From: Kiritimatiellia bacterium
GTDB taxonomy: Bacteria; Verrucomicrobiota; Kiritimatiellia; RFP12; UBA1067
Assembly (NCBI GenBank): GCA_017962315.1
Contig: JAGCVN010000023.1
Span: forward strand, 11,738-75,737
DNA length: 64,000 bases
Direction of reading: 5' to 3'
The position numbers and the translations under genes are program-made. This document shows positions 23,557 through 32,001 of the stretch, in pieces; the first letter of the stretch is position 1, and each line of letters opens with the position of its first letter. The notes under the pieces were generated by a model, which was given only the letters and a program-made list of their open reading frames with translations, did not search any database and was not told the origin of the DNA.

Positions 23557-24369
23557 ATGAAAGCGATTATTCCCGCTGCCGGTTTCGGCACGCGTTTCTT
23601 CCCGGCCAGCAAAGTCGTGCCGAAGGAATTGCTGCCCGTCGGGCCGCGTCCCGCGATCCAATGGATTGCGGAAGAGGCTGTGGCGGCGGGGGCGGATGAG
23701 GTTGTGATCGTCACCTCGCCCGGAAAACCGCAGTTGCGCGAGTATTTTTCCGTCGATGCCGCATGGCGCGGCCGCCTTGCGGGTAAGTCCGCCGCCGAAG
23801 CGGAACTCGACCGTCTCGAAAAGCTCTCCTCGAAAATTGTTTTTGCGGAACAGCGTGAACAACGCGGATTGGGACACGCCGTGTTACAGGCCGCGCCGCA
23901 ATGCCGCGACGCGCGTGAACCGGTGTTGATTCTTCTCGGCGACGCGCTGGTGGATGGCGAAACGCCCGCCTCGGTCGCGATGGCGGAGCGATCCCGCGAT
24001 TCGGGGGGCGCCTCGGTCGTCGGTCTCGAACGTGTGCCGGAAGAGCGGGTTTCACGGTACGGGATTATCGCGGGCAAGGCACGAACGGACGATCCGCGTG
24101 TGTACGACTTGACCGACCTGGTGGAAAAACCGAAACGCGAAGAGGCGCCTTCGAATTTAGCGGTGGCAGGACGCTACTTGCTTTCCCCCGCCATCTTTGA
24201 ACTGCTTGCCTCTCAGACGCCGGGACAAGGCGGGGAAATCCAGCTCACCGACGCGATCCGTCGATTGCTCGCGTTTTCGTCCGTGCTGGGGTATCGTTAT
24301 CCGGGACGCCGCCATGATATCGGGAATCCCGCCGGTTACCTTGACTGCCTCCAGTCCTTCCGCGTGTGA
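23557..24369 (+). CDS. galU: UTP--glucose-1-phosphate uridylyltransferase
   Basis: N-terminal nucleotidyltransferase motif MKAIIPAAGFGTRFFPASKVVPKELLPV, then GLGHAVLQA, VVGLERVPEERVSRYGII, LAVAGRYLLSP. Confidence 0.8.
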   Translation: MKAIIPAAGFGTRFFPASKVVPKELLPVGPRPAIQWIAEEAVAAGADEVVIVTSPGKPQLREYFSVDAAWRGRLAGKSAAEAELDRLEKLSSKIVFAEQREQRGLGHAVLQAAPQCRDAREPVLILLGDALVDGETPASVAMAERSRDSGGASVVGLERVPEERVSRYGIIAGKARTDDPRVYDLTDLVEKPKREEAPSNLAVAGRYLLSPAIFELLASQTPGQGGEIQLTDAIRRLLAFSSVLGYRYPGRRHDIGNPAGYLDCLQSFRV

Positions 24370-24433
24370 TCGTCGGTTGGCGCGGACGCATTCGTGAAGA
24401 GGCTGTTTGGCGGAGGCACACCCGCAAAAAAAA

Positions 24434-24511
24434 TGGGGCGGGAAATGGGACTTGAACCCACGACATCCAGATCCACAATCTGGCGCTCTAACCAACTGAG
24501 CTATTCCCGCC
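24434..24511 (-). tRNA. tRNA-His (anticodon GTG) with encoded G-1 and CCA
   Basis: The reverse complement is G-GCGGGAATAGCTCAGTTGGTTAGAGCGCCAGATTGTGGATCTGGATGTCGTGGGTTCAAGTCCCATTTCCCGCCCCA. The anticodon loop is TTGTGGA. The extra 5' G pairs with discriminator C73, which is typical of His. A T8 run follows. Confidence 0.93.
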
Positions 24512-24526
24512 ACCACGGTAAAAAAA

Positions 24527-24601
24527 TGGCTCCGGTGGCAGGATTCGAACCTGCGACCAAGTGGTTAACAGCCACCTGCGCTACCACTGCGCTACACCGG
24601 A
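24527..24601 (-). tRNA. tRNA-Asn (anticodon GTT), CCA encoded
   Basis: The reverse complement is TCCGGTGTAGCGCAGTGGTAGCGCAGGTGGCTGTTAACCACTTGGTCGCAGGTTCGAATCCTGCCACCGGAGCCA. It has a U1-A72 acceptor pair and G73 as in E. coli tRNA-Asn, and anticodon loop CTGTTAA. It lies 15 nt upstream of tRNA-His. Confidence 0.93.
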
Positions 24602-24631
24602 ACAAAACCGATTGGTAACAAAACGGGTGTC

Positions 24632-24660
24632 ACTATACCAGACTTCCCCCCCCCTGTCAA
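24632..24660 (-). promoter_or_regulatory. Near-consensus sigma70 promoter for the tRNA-Asn/tRNA-His pair
   Basis: Minus strand: TTGACA (24660-24655), a 17-nt spacer beginning with a G9 run, TATAGT (24637-24632), then GACACCCGTTTT. The tRNA-Asn 5' end lies 30 nt after the -10 element. Confidence 0.65.
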
Positions 24661-24709
24661 GCGGGAAAAACATTTTTTTGGGTGGCCGCTTACCTAACAG
24701 GGAAACTTT

Positions 24710-24737
24710 TTTCACACAGAGACACCGAGGCACAGAG
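24710..24737 (-). repeat. Member of the (CTCTGYG-N)x3 dispersed repeat family, reverse orientation
   Basis: The reverse complement CTCTGTGCCTCGGTGTCTCTGTGTGAAA aligns with 62080-62107 at about 19 of 28 positions by hand. Confidence 0.5.
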
Positions 24738-24795
24738 AAATTGTCCCATGCCGTCCGCGTTAAAAAATTGTACGTGTGCTCCTTTTCCCAACGGT

Positions 24796-24820
24796 GACGG
24801 GCGGGACGGGCGGGACGGGC
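24796..24820. repeat. Short tandem repeat (GACGGGCGG) x about 2.8
   Basis: GACGGGCGG GACGGGCGG GACGGGC. A related GACGGGACGGGGAC sits next to the 62080 repeat copy (62058-62071). Confidence 0.7.
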
Positions 24821-24908
24821 TTGCCTCTAAGGTCGAATGATGACAACCGAAACAACTTGTAAAGACAACATCCTTCTTTCGCCGCGCAACCGCACGGCGT
24901 TTTCATAA

Positions 24909-24928
24909 CCGCGCACGGTTGTGCGCGG
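24909..24928. terminator. Perfect 8-bp GC hairpin downstream of cutC (possible terminator)
   Basis: CCGCGCAC-GGTT-GTGCGCGG. It lies about 100 nt after the cutC stop on the minus strand. There is no clean U-tract on the minus strand. Confidence 0.3.
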
Positions 24929-25031
24929 AAGGGCCAAACGTTGTTTTAAGTTGTTCATGTTGTTTTCAAAACCCTCATGTACATCCCGTACGAAGTGCTG
25001 GCGGCGGGCTGCACGACAGGGGGAAACAGCA

Positions 25032-25790
25032 TCAAGAGGTGCAGCTTGTAAACGGGAGGCCGGCGGACACGGCGGTGTGCGCGGCACGCACCCGTTCCGC
25101 GTCAGTGCGCCAGACGGAATACTCGTCCAGCCCCGGAAGTCCCATCGGGACTCCTTCGCGGCGGAACACCATGCCGCTTTCAAGTGTGACCTTGCCGGAC
25201 ATGTGGAATGCCGTGCATCCTGTGACGGGGCGGAGATCCCTCACGGCGGCGGCGTCAACCCCCGCGCCGACAAGGATCTCGATGCGCTCTGCGGCACGGC
25301 GACGGAGCGCCGCGATGAGCGCCGCGCCCTTGCGGCACGAGGACTGCTGGCCGGACGTCAGGATCGTGTCGAACCCGAGGGCGATCGCGTCCTCGAGCGC
25401 CGCGAACGGATCGGCGCAGAGGTCGAATGCGCGGTGTAGGGTACGGCGGAGTCCGCCGGCCGCCTCGGCGAAGTCGCGTAGAAACGGTACGTCGAGCCTC
25501 CCGTCTGGCGTGAGTGCCCCGGTGACCACGCCCTCCACGCCAAGCGTACACCATTCGCGGGCCTCGGCGAGCATGATTTCTTTCTCCGCGTCGGTGTAGA
25601 GGAAATCGCCGAAACGGGGACGCACCATCGCCCGTATCGGCAAGTCAACCCGACGACGCACGGCCCCGTAGAGGGCGGTCGTCGGGGAAATGCCGCCGAT
25701 GACGAGCGCGGCGCACAACTCAAGGCGGTCCGCCCCGCCCGCGCGGGCGGCGACGGCGGACTCCACGGAATCTACGCAGACCTCAAGCAT
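25032..25790 (-). CDS. cutC: CutC-family protein (copper homeostasis CutC, TIM barrel)
   Basis: MLEVCVDSVESAVAARAGGADRLELCAALVIGGISPT, MVRPRFGDFLYTD, FHRAFD and ILTSGQ are all typical CutC blocks. The 252 aa length fits. Confidence 0.85.
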   Translation of the reverse strand: MLEVCVDSVESAVAARAGGADRLELCAALVIGGISPTTALYGAVRRRVDLPIRAMVRPRFGDFLYTDAEKEIMLAEAREWCTLGVEGVVTGALTPDGRLDVPFLRDFAEAAGGLRRTLHRAFDLCADPFAALEDAIALGFDTILTSGQQSSCRKGAALIAALRRRAAERIEILVGAGVDAAAVRDLRPVTGCTAFHMSGKVTLESGMVFRREGVPMGLPGLDEYSVWRTDAERVRAAHTAVSAGLPFTSCTS

Positions 25791-25798
25791 AACCTAAC

Positions 25799-27802
25799 CT
25801 ACCGGACAGCGTGCCGCCTCTGGATTTTTGCCGCGAACCCGCCGCCGGGGGCTAGTTTGACGCGAATTGGCTCGCCGGCCTTGATCCTGAATGTGCGATG
25901 CACATACTGTTCCGCCCGGACATTCGAATCGGGGGCATCTTCAAACGCCTCCACCGTCCAGTCACCACTTCCGAGAAAACCTGTCGGGAGGACGAGTTCG
26001 CGCGCTTTCCAGTCCGTAATCGCGCCGAGCCACCAATCGCGTCCCTTGCGTCTCGCAACAGCCGCATACGCGCCGATTTCACCCGTCACGCCGACCGTCT
26101 CGTCCCAGACCGTTGGAACGCTTGTCAAAAACGCCGTGCACTCCGGCGCGGTACGGTACTGCGTCGGCGAGTCGCACAGCATCTGCACCGGCGCCTCGAA
26201 AATCGGAAAGAGCGCTAACTGGTGGCAGCGCGTACCATAACAGGCGCGGGCCTCCTTTCCCTTATGGAACGCCGGCGCATCGAAGGCGCGGTTGCGCATC
26301 GCGCCAGGCGTGTAATCCATCGCTCCCGCTATCATGCGCGTATAGACGAGGTTCACATCGTTTGAGACGACGACCTTCCGCCCACCGATGGAGTGTCCCT
26401 GTTCGAGCCCGTACACGCCCTCGTAGTTGAGGACGTTCGGATATGTTCGGCAGAGCCCGGTAGGTTTGTGGATACCGTGGTACATGACGACAAGTTTCCG
26501 CTCCGCCGCATCCGCGGCCGTCTCCTCGAGGAACCTTTCGAGCAACTGGTCGTCGCGGTTCATGAAATCGATCTTGAATCCTTTTGCGCCCATCGAGGCG
26601 TAGCGGTCGAATACCCGCAACCTCTTTCCCCTGTCCATGAGTTGCGCCCATGCCGCCCAAAGGATGACGTCAACGCCCTTCTCCCTCGCGTAGGCGATCA
26701 CGCCCGGAACATTCACGTCATCGCGCGGTTTCTCGAGGTCGAGTTTTTCCGCCCATCCTTCGTCCATGATGATGTACGCGATACCGTTCGCCGCAGCAAA
26801 GTTCACGTATTCCTTGTACGTCGCGTAATTGCAGCCCGTGGCGAGGCCGGGGATGTCGGTGATCGCAAAACCGTTCCACCAGTCCCACGCAACCTGTCCC
26901 GGCTTCACCCACGACACATCGGCGATACGGCTCGGCTCGGCGAGCGCATAAACGGCGTCGGACGAGACAAGCCCGGACGGAGAATCTCCGATGACAAACA
27001 CGCGCCACGGGAAGACGCGCGTCCCCTTTGTCTTTGCAAGGTACGGATGCCGCTTCTGGACGTTCGTCATGCGCCTCCCGACATCCACCTTGCTCGGGAC
27101 GCCCGCCTGCCACGAACGGAGCCTGTCGTTTTCTCCGTTCCTCCGGTAGAAGTTGAGACCGGGATAGTCAAGCAGGTTCGATTCCGTCACGGAGAATACC
27201 CCCGCACCTGGCACAACCGCCGTGAACGGGGTAATCACGATCTGCGGATGACCGGGCGGGACGCTCGCCACAGGCCCGATGGTGGCCGGTTTCTCGTGGC
27301 TGGTCTGGAAGTGTCCCACAACGGCGCAACAGAGTTCCGTCCCTTTCGGAAACACCACGTCCGTGTTCTCGGCGGGAATCGTCAACTCCCCATCGAACCT
27401 CGTCTCGAACCGCCAGGCGACGCCATCGTTACGGGCGTGAAGCCGGATCGACCAGTCGCCGAAATCGACGCACGTCTCGTTCGCCGCGAGATCGACGGCT
27501 GCTTTCTTGTAGATCGGCGTCGCCAGCCGTCCCTGGACCTTGTGCGAGGCACCCTTGGGTTGCGCACCGCGTCCGTCGAGCAGCCCGTGTTCCCGCGTCG
27601 CGAGGGAAAAGCTCGTCGGTTCGACGAGTGCCTTTCCGTCGCACCAGACGGAATATCTCATGCCACCGGCGTTGGTTTCGAGCCTCACCTCGTTACGTCT
27701 GTCCGGCGAGACGGCGCGGAAGTGCCCCGTGTCTGCCGCAAACACCCCGGTCGCCGCAAGCGCGACCGGAACTGCAAACCTGAATAACTTTTGTCGTTTC
27801 AT
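25799..27802 (-). CDS. GH97 glycoside hydrolase (alpha-glucosidase/alpha-galactosidase family), secreted
   Basis: Start ATG 27802 (MKRQKLFRFAVPVALAATGVFA signal); the upstream part of the track ORF is Arg-rich nonsense and overlaps the GH31 gene. GH97 blocks: AVSPDRRNEVRLE..MRYSVWCDGKALVEPTSFSL, GIAYIIMDEGWA, GFKIDFMNRDDQ. Confidence 0.85.
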   Translation of the reverse strand: MKRQKLFRFAVPVALAATGVFAADTGHFRAVSPDRRNEVRLETNAGGMRYSVWCDGKALVEPTSFSLATREHGLLDGRGAQPKGASHKVQGRLATPIYKKAAVDLAANETCVDFGDWSIRLHARNDGVAWRFETRFDGELTIPAENTDVVFPKGTELCCAVVGHFQTSHEKPATIGPVASVPPGHPQIVITPFTAVVPGAGVFSVTESNLLDYPGLNFYRRNGENDRLRSWQAGVPSKVDVGRRMTNVQKRHPYLAKTKGTRVFPWRVFVIGDSPSGLVSSDAVYALAEPSRIADVSWVKPGQVAWDWWNGFAITDIPGLATGCNYATYKEYVNFAAANGIAYIIMDEGWAEKLDLEKPRDDVNVPGVIAYAREKGVDVILWAAWAQLMDRGKRLRVFDRYASMGAKGFKIDFMNRDDQLLERFLEETAADAAERKLVVMYHGIHKPTGLCRTYPNVLNYEGVYGLEQGHSIGGRKVVVSNDVNLVYTRMIAGAMDYTPGAMRNRAFDAPAFHKGKEARACYGTRCHQLALFPIFEAPVQMLCDSPTQYRTAPECTAFLTSVPTVWDETVGVTGEIGAYAAVARRKGRDWWLGAITDWKARELVLPTGFLGSGDWTVEAFEDAPDSNVRAEQYVHRTFRIKAGEPIRVKLAPGGGFAAKIQRRHAVR

Positions 27803-27809
27803 GTTGACC

Positions 27810-30545
27810 TCACTTTGTGTGTAAAGAACGTTTCCGGTCTGCGGCGCGGACCGCCTTTCCCAGCCAGCTGTGCATCTTGCGGCAGAAGTCGGCATCCGGA
27901 ACCCCGGATTCCATACGCAGGAAATCGGCGACGAATGCCTGTATCGCCGCATCGCGTTCGGCGAGAATGCGCTTTGCCTCCACCGGATTGGCGGCGACAG
28001 CATCGCGCGTCTTCCAATACGTCTGCCACGATTCCGGAAGGTTTGCGACGTATTCGGGGCGCGTCCGGCGCGACCCCGGACCGTTCCCGGCAAGTGCCTT
28101 CCTAAAATCCTCCGTCAACGCCGCGACGCGGGTGTATTCACCTTTGAGTCCGGAAAGGGCAAGGTTTTCCCGTCCGGCGAGTTCCACGACCGTCTCGTGT
28201 ACGCCGTCCTGCGGAGTCGTTTTCACGACAACCGCAAGATCTTCCGCATCGTACGTCCACGCACACGGTCTTCCGTCCACCTTTACCCAGGCGGGCGGTG
28301 CGGCAAGCGGAAACTTCAACGTATACGTGCCCTTGCGCGGGCCGATGGTCACGCGGTTTCCTTCGCGGCGGATGTACGTTCGGCGGAAGTTCGTGGCATA
28401 GTCGGCGTTGTCACCGTCGTCTTCGTAAATCGAGGTTTCAACGGACGAGATGTCCGATGTCCCGCAAGGTGCGCAGAAGAGCACTAGATCGTCGGTGCCG
28501 GGATTGCCGAGCCGCTTCACGGTGTCGGGATACATGGGGATGATCGAACCGCCTTTGACGAACCATGGCGTCTCCTCGACCCTGTATGACCGCGACAAGC
28601 GCGTCCCGCCCTCTCCCGTCTGGACAAGTTCTCCCTTCGACACGTCGTACCACGTCCCTTCCGGTAGCCATACTTCGACCTCCGCCTCGCCGATCAGGGT
28701 ATCGGCGGGCTTTGAAACGGGAGCGACGAGGACATCGCGTCCGAACAGGAAGGCGTTTGTCGCGGCGTATGCGGCCTCGACCTCAGGCCAGTCGTAGTAC
28801 ATCGGTCGGCACATCGAGACCCCCGTGTCGTACGCCTCGCGTGCGGCGGTGTAGATGTACGGGGCAAGGCGGTATCTCAGGCGAAACGCCTCGCGGAGCG
28901 TGAGGAAATGGTCGCCGAATTTCCAGATCCGGCGTTCCAGCCGCCGGTCTTTCGTCGTGTGCGTCCTGAAAATGGGCGTGAACACGCCGCACTGTAGCCA
29001 GCGCGTGTAAAGTTCCCCGTTCGCGCCGTCGTCACCCTCCGGCTTCATATGGCCGCCGAGGTCATGCCCCCAATAACCGTAACCGACGTTGGACGCCGAA
29101 GCCGTGAACCACGGTATCGCCTCCAGCATTCCCCACGACACCTTGCCGTCTCCGGAGAACCCGATCTGGTAACGGTGCGAACCAAGTCCGCCCCAGCGGT
29201 GGTAGATGATCGGACGCCGTACGCCTCCGTCTCGCCGGGCGGCATGGGTATTGAAAAGGTGGTTGAGCCAGAATGTGTTCCCCAGTCCCCGTACACCCTT
29301 TGACATGAGCCACTGCTGCCAGTCGAGCCAGAAGAAATCCGCGCCGTCCTCCTCCAACGGCTCAATGACATCCTTGAAGAAGACCTCCGCCCAACGCTCC
29401 TCCTCCGCTCTGAACGGGATGGTGTTTGTCCCTGTCCAGCCGTAGTCGCGCGCGAAACGTCCGAAACACGCCTCCATCGGCGGGATACCGCACGCGGGAT
29501 GGACGTTCAATGGAGCCTTCAACCCGTTTTCGTGCAGAAACCGGAAAGTCGCCTGCGGATCAGGGAAATACCGGCGGTTCCAGGTGTAACCGCCCCAGCC
29601 GACCCGCTGTCCGGAGGCATCGCGGAGATCAGGCCTGTCGCCTATGTTCCACGTCTCGTGCCAGTACATTTCGATGACGCACACGTCCATCGGGATGCCG
29701 AGGCTGTCCATCGTCCGCACAACCTCGCGGTAGTCCGAATCGGAGTCCGGCCAGAAACGGCTCCACCAGTAGCCGAACGCCCAGCGGGGCGGAAGCGGGA
29801 TGCGTCCCGCAACCTTTACGTAATCGCCGAGACAGCCTTTGTAATCGTGCCCGTAGGCAAAAATCGTGATGTCGCGATACGTTCCATTCTCCGTTTCCCT
29901 TCTTGGACGTGCCGCCACCCACTCCTTCCAGTAATCGCCTCCCTTGACAAACAGAGGTGTCACCGTATCATCAACCACCGTCACGCCGCGCCGCGAGAGG
30001 AGTCCCCGCTCCATGCGGGGAAGGAGATCGGGAATCGAACTTCTGCCGTCGAGCGTCCGCATCGTACCGAGAAGGTTCTCCTTGTCCTCTGCAAGAACGG
30101 CGACCGGTGGGAGGATCGTATCGCCGTGTGCCCGCACGCTCACGACAAGGTTGTTTTCATTGAACGGTCCGCCCGTCCACACAAGCCTCATGCGACCGGT
30201 CTCGATAACCGCGCCCTCGCCCCGCCGTTCAAGCGTGTGGTCTACGCCGGGCATTTCACGATTCACGAAAATAAGCGACGGTCTGTCCTCGAATGTACCG
30301 TCCGCGCTCCATTCACACCGCACCATACGGTCCGTCAGGAGGGTGAAGCGGGCGTTTCCGACCGAGACCGATGTCGTCGCACACGCCGTCCCCGCAAGCA
30401 ACACAAAGGCTGCCGCTGCTGTCTTGGCAACGGGATTCTTTACGGTCGTGCGTCTGTGCCGACGATTTACTGTCTGATCGACGTGCCCGCATCCGTCCGT
30501 TATACGGCGTTCACGATTGCAATAGGTTGCTGTAGGTGTTTTCAT
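27810..30545 (-). CDS. GH31 glycoside hydrolase (alpha-glucosidase or alpha-xylosidase type)
   Basis: GH31-type blocks: PRWAFGYWWSR, GADFFWLDWQQW, RWGGLGSHRYQIGFSGD, YGYWGHDLGGH, LYTRWLQCGVFTPIFRTH. The N-terminal hydrophobic segment AAAAFVLLAGTACA is signal-like. Confidence 0.8.
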   Translation of the reverse strand: MKTPTATYCNRERRITDGCGHVDQTVNRRHRRTTVKNPVAKTAAAAFVLLAGTACATTSVSVGNARFTLLTDRMVRCEWSADGTFEDRPSLIFVNREMPGVDHTLERRGEGAVIETGRMRLVWTGGPFNENNLVVSVRAHGDTILPPVAVLAEDKENLLGTMRTLDGRSSIPDLLPRMERGLLSRRGVTVVDDTVTPLFVKGGDYWKEWVAARPRRETENGTYRDITIFAYGHDYKGCLGDYVKVAGRIPLPPRWAFGYWWSRFWPDSDSDYREVVRTMDSLGIPMDVCVIEMYWHETWNIGDRPDLRDASGQRVGWGGYTWNRRYFPDPQATFRFLHENGLKAPLNVHPACGIPPMEACFGRFARDYGWTGTNTIPFRAEEERWAEVFFKDVIEPLEEDGADFFWLDWQQWLMSKGVRGLGNTFWLNHLFNTHAARRDGGVRRPIIYHRWGGLGSHRYQIGFSGDGKVSWGMLEAIPWFTASASNVGYGYWGHDLGGHMKPEGDDGANGELYTRWLQCGVFTPIFRTHTTKDRRLERRIWKFGDHFLTLREAFRLRYRLAPYIYTAAREAYDTGVSMCRPMYYDWPEVEAAYAATNAFLFGRDVLVAPVSKPADTLIGEAEVEVWLPEGTWYDVSKGELVQTGEGGTRLSRSYRVEETPWFVKGGSIIPMYPDTVKRLGNPGTDDLVLFCAPCGTSDISSVETSIYEDDGDNADYATNFRRTYIRREGNRVTIGPRKGTYTLKFPLAAPPAWVKVDGRPCAWTYDAEDLAVVVKTTPQDGVHETVVELAGRENLALSGLKGEYTRVAALTEDFRKALAGNGPGSRRTRPEYVANLPESWQTYWKTRDAVAANPVEAKRILAERDAAIQAFVADFLRMESGVPDADFCRKMHSWLGKAVRAADRKRSLHTK

Positions 30546-30555
30546 GGTGCGTTGC

Positions 30556-31989
30556 CTATCCTATTGTCTCCGGTGAAACGGAGAATGAAATCTCGACTGG
30601 TGTCGTATTCTCGCGGCCGACTTGGAATTGGCGTTTGACCGTGCGGCCGTTCGAGGTCGCCTCTACCTCATACGTGCCGCAGAAGCCGCGGAACGACAGT
30701 CGCCCGCCCGCCGCATCGCGTTCGAAGTTCGTGCGCCATTCGCGTCCGAAAAGGTCGCAGATCACGTCGTAAGCCGGCTTGGGGCTCATGTCGCGGCGGA
30801 GGAATGAACCGTAAAGCGCGGGTTGCCACGAATAGGCGTCGGAGAGATCCCAATACACAATCGCCTCCATCGCCTTGTGCGAGAACCAGATGCGGTAGAG
30901 CTCACGGACGATCTCCGCCTGCACCGCCTCGTCGCCGGGATCCTCGGAACAGGCGGGAATGGTGCATTCCGTGATCTGGAGGGGCTTGCCAAGCGCGGCG
31001 TAGGTGTCGAACAGCTCGAACGTGAAGTGCGGGTTGTACTGGAACCGCCCGTTCTGCGCAATTTTCCGCATGTCCGCGCCCCACACGGCATGCGCCTGGA
31101 TGCCGATGCCGTCAATACAGCATCCCTTCAGAAGTGCGTTTTCGATCTGCATATAGTACGCGCTGCGGCTCCGCTTGAACGACTCCCACACGTACATGTG
31201 CGTCTCGTTGATGACGAGCTTGTTCTTCTTGAAGTACTTCGCCGCCGTCTTGAAGCTCCACTCCACGAGGTCGGGCTCCGAGAACAGGTTACTGAGCCGA
31301 TGCCGCCCGTTGGCCCAATGCAGCGTCTCGTTCACGACCTCCCACATCGGAATCCGGCTCGCATAGCGCTCCGCGAGTTCGCGGAAGCGTTTTTCAAGAA
31401 GCTCCTTCTCGTGTCGGACATCGCCCTTCGCCCACGCCGGGAATAGACCTTCCGCAACGTAGTTGAGGCAGTGCGCCTTCGGCTCGATACCGTTTGCCTC
31501 ACAGAACTCGAGGCACATATCGATCGGCGGACGGCGGTAGATGTAGGGCGAATCCTTCGCGTAGCGCGTCTTGCCGGGCTGTGGCTCGTTCGCCTCCCAG
31601 TAGAACGGCAACGTCGCCATGTTGAACGCCGCCGCGAAGCGCTCCCGGTACGCGGCGGCGCTCTCTGCGCCGTTCTTCGTCTCGGCGAGACCGAAGAGAT
31701 TCGCGCCGTACTTGAAGTCGTGCCTTAGCTGGCGCACCTTCGCGTGGACCGTCTCGCACGGACGCCCCTGCGCGTCGCGGAAGAGGAGTGTCGCGTCCCC
31801 TTTGCGGTTCGCCTCGATTCCTTCCTTGACGCGGGCCTCCGTTTCGGACGCGCATACGCGGAAGTGCCGCATCGCGGCGTCCCGGTCGTACTTCATCGCC
31901 ACCCACAGGGGCGCCGTCACGCCCACTCCGGCCAACATCACCGCATTTCGCAGAAAATCCCTGCGTGGCAATAGTTCCTTGTCCGGCAT
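30556..31989 (-). CDS. GH10-like endo-beta-1,4-xylanase with a Tat-type signal
   Basis: Twin-arginine-like N-terminus MPDKELLPRRDFLRNAVMLAGVGV. The GH10 acid/base block is WEVVNETLHW and the nucleophile block is LQITECTIP. HDFKYGANLF and AHCLNY are also present. Confidence 0.7.
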   Translation of the reverse strand: MPDKELLPRRDFLRNAVMLAGVGVTAPLWVAMKYDRDAAMRHFRVCASETEARVKEGIEANRKGDATLLFRDAQGRPCETVHAKVRQLRHDFKYGANLFGLAETKNGAESAAAYRERFAAAFNMATLPFYWEANEPQPGKTRYAKDSPYIYRRPPIDMCLEFCEANGIEPKAHCLNYVAEGLFPAWAKGDVRHEKELLEKRFRELAERYASRIPMWEVVNETLHWANGRHRLSNLFSEPDLVEWSFKTAAKYFKKNKLVINETHMYVWESFKRSRSAYYMQIENALLKGCCIDGIGIQAHAVWGADMRKIAQNGRFQYNPHFTFELFDTYAALGKPLQITECTIPACSEDPGDEAVQAEIVRELYRIWFSHKAMEAIVYWDLSDAYSWQPALYGSFLRRDMSPKPAYDVICDLFGREWRTNFERDAAGGRLSFRGFCGTYEVEATSNGRTVKRQFQVGRENTTPVEISFSVSPETIG

Positions 31990-32001
31990 GGTTTGTTCAC
32001 C

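Noticed and set aside
24394-24618. 74-aa plus-strand ORF spanning the tRNA-His/tRNA-Asn region.
   Set aside because: It is the antisense of two well-folded tRNA genes and has no coding features.
25799-28093. N-terminal extension of the GH97 ORF (start at 28093), and the similar extended track starts for ispF (46257), cysS (46750), lacZ-like (20273), the THUMP methyltransferase (53558), the enolase (52164) and hlyD (6455).
   Set aside because: The extensions overlap upstream genes, translate to Arg/Pro-rich nonsense, and are followed by internal ATGs that begin with canonical family N-termini or signal peptides.
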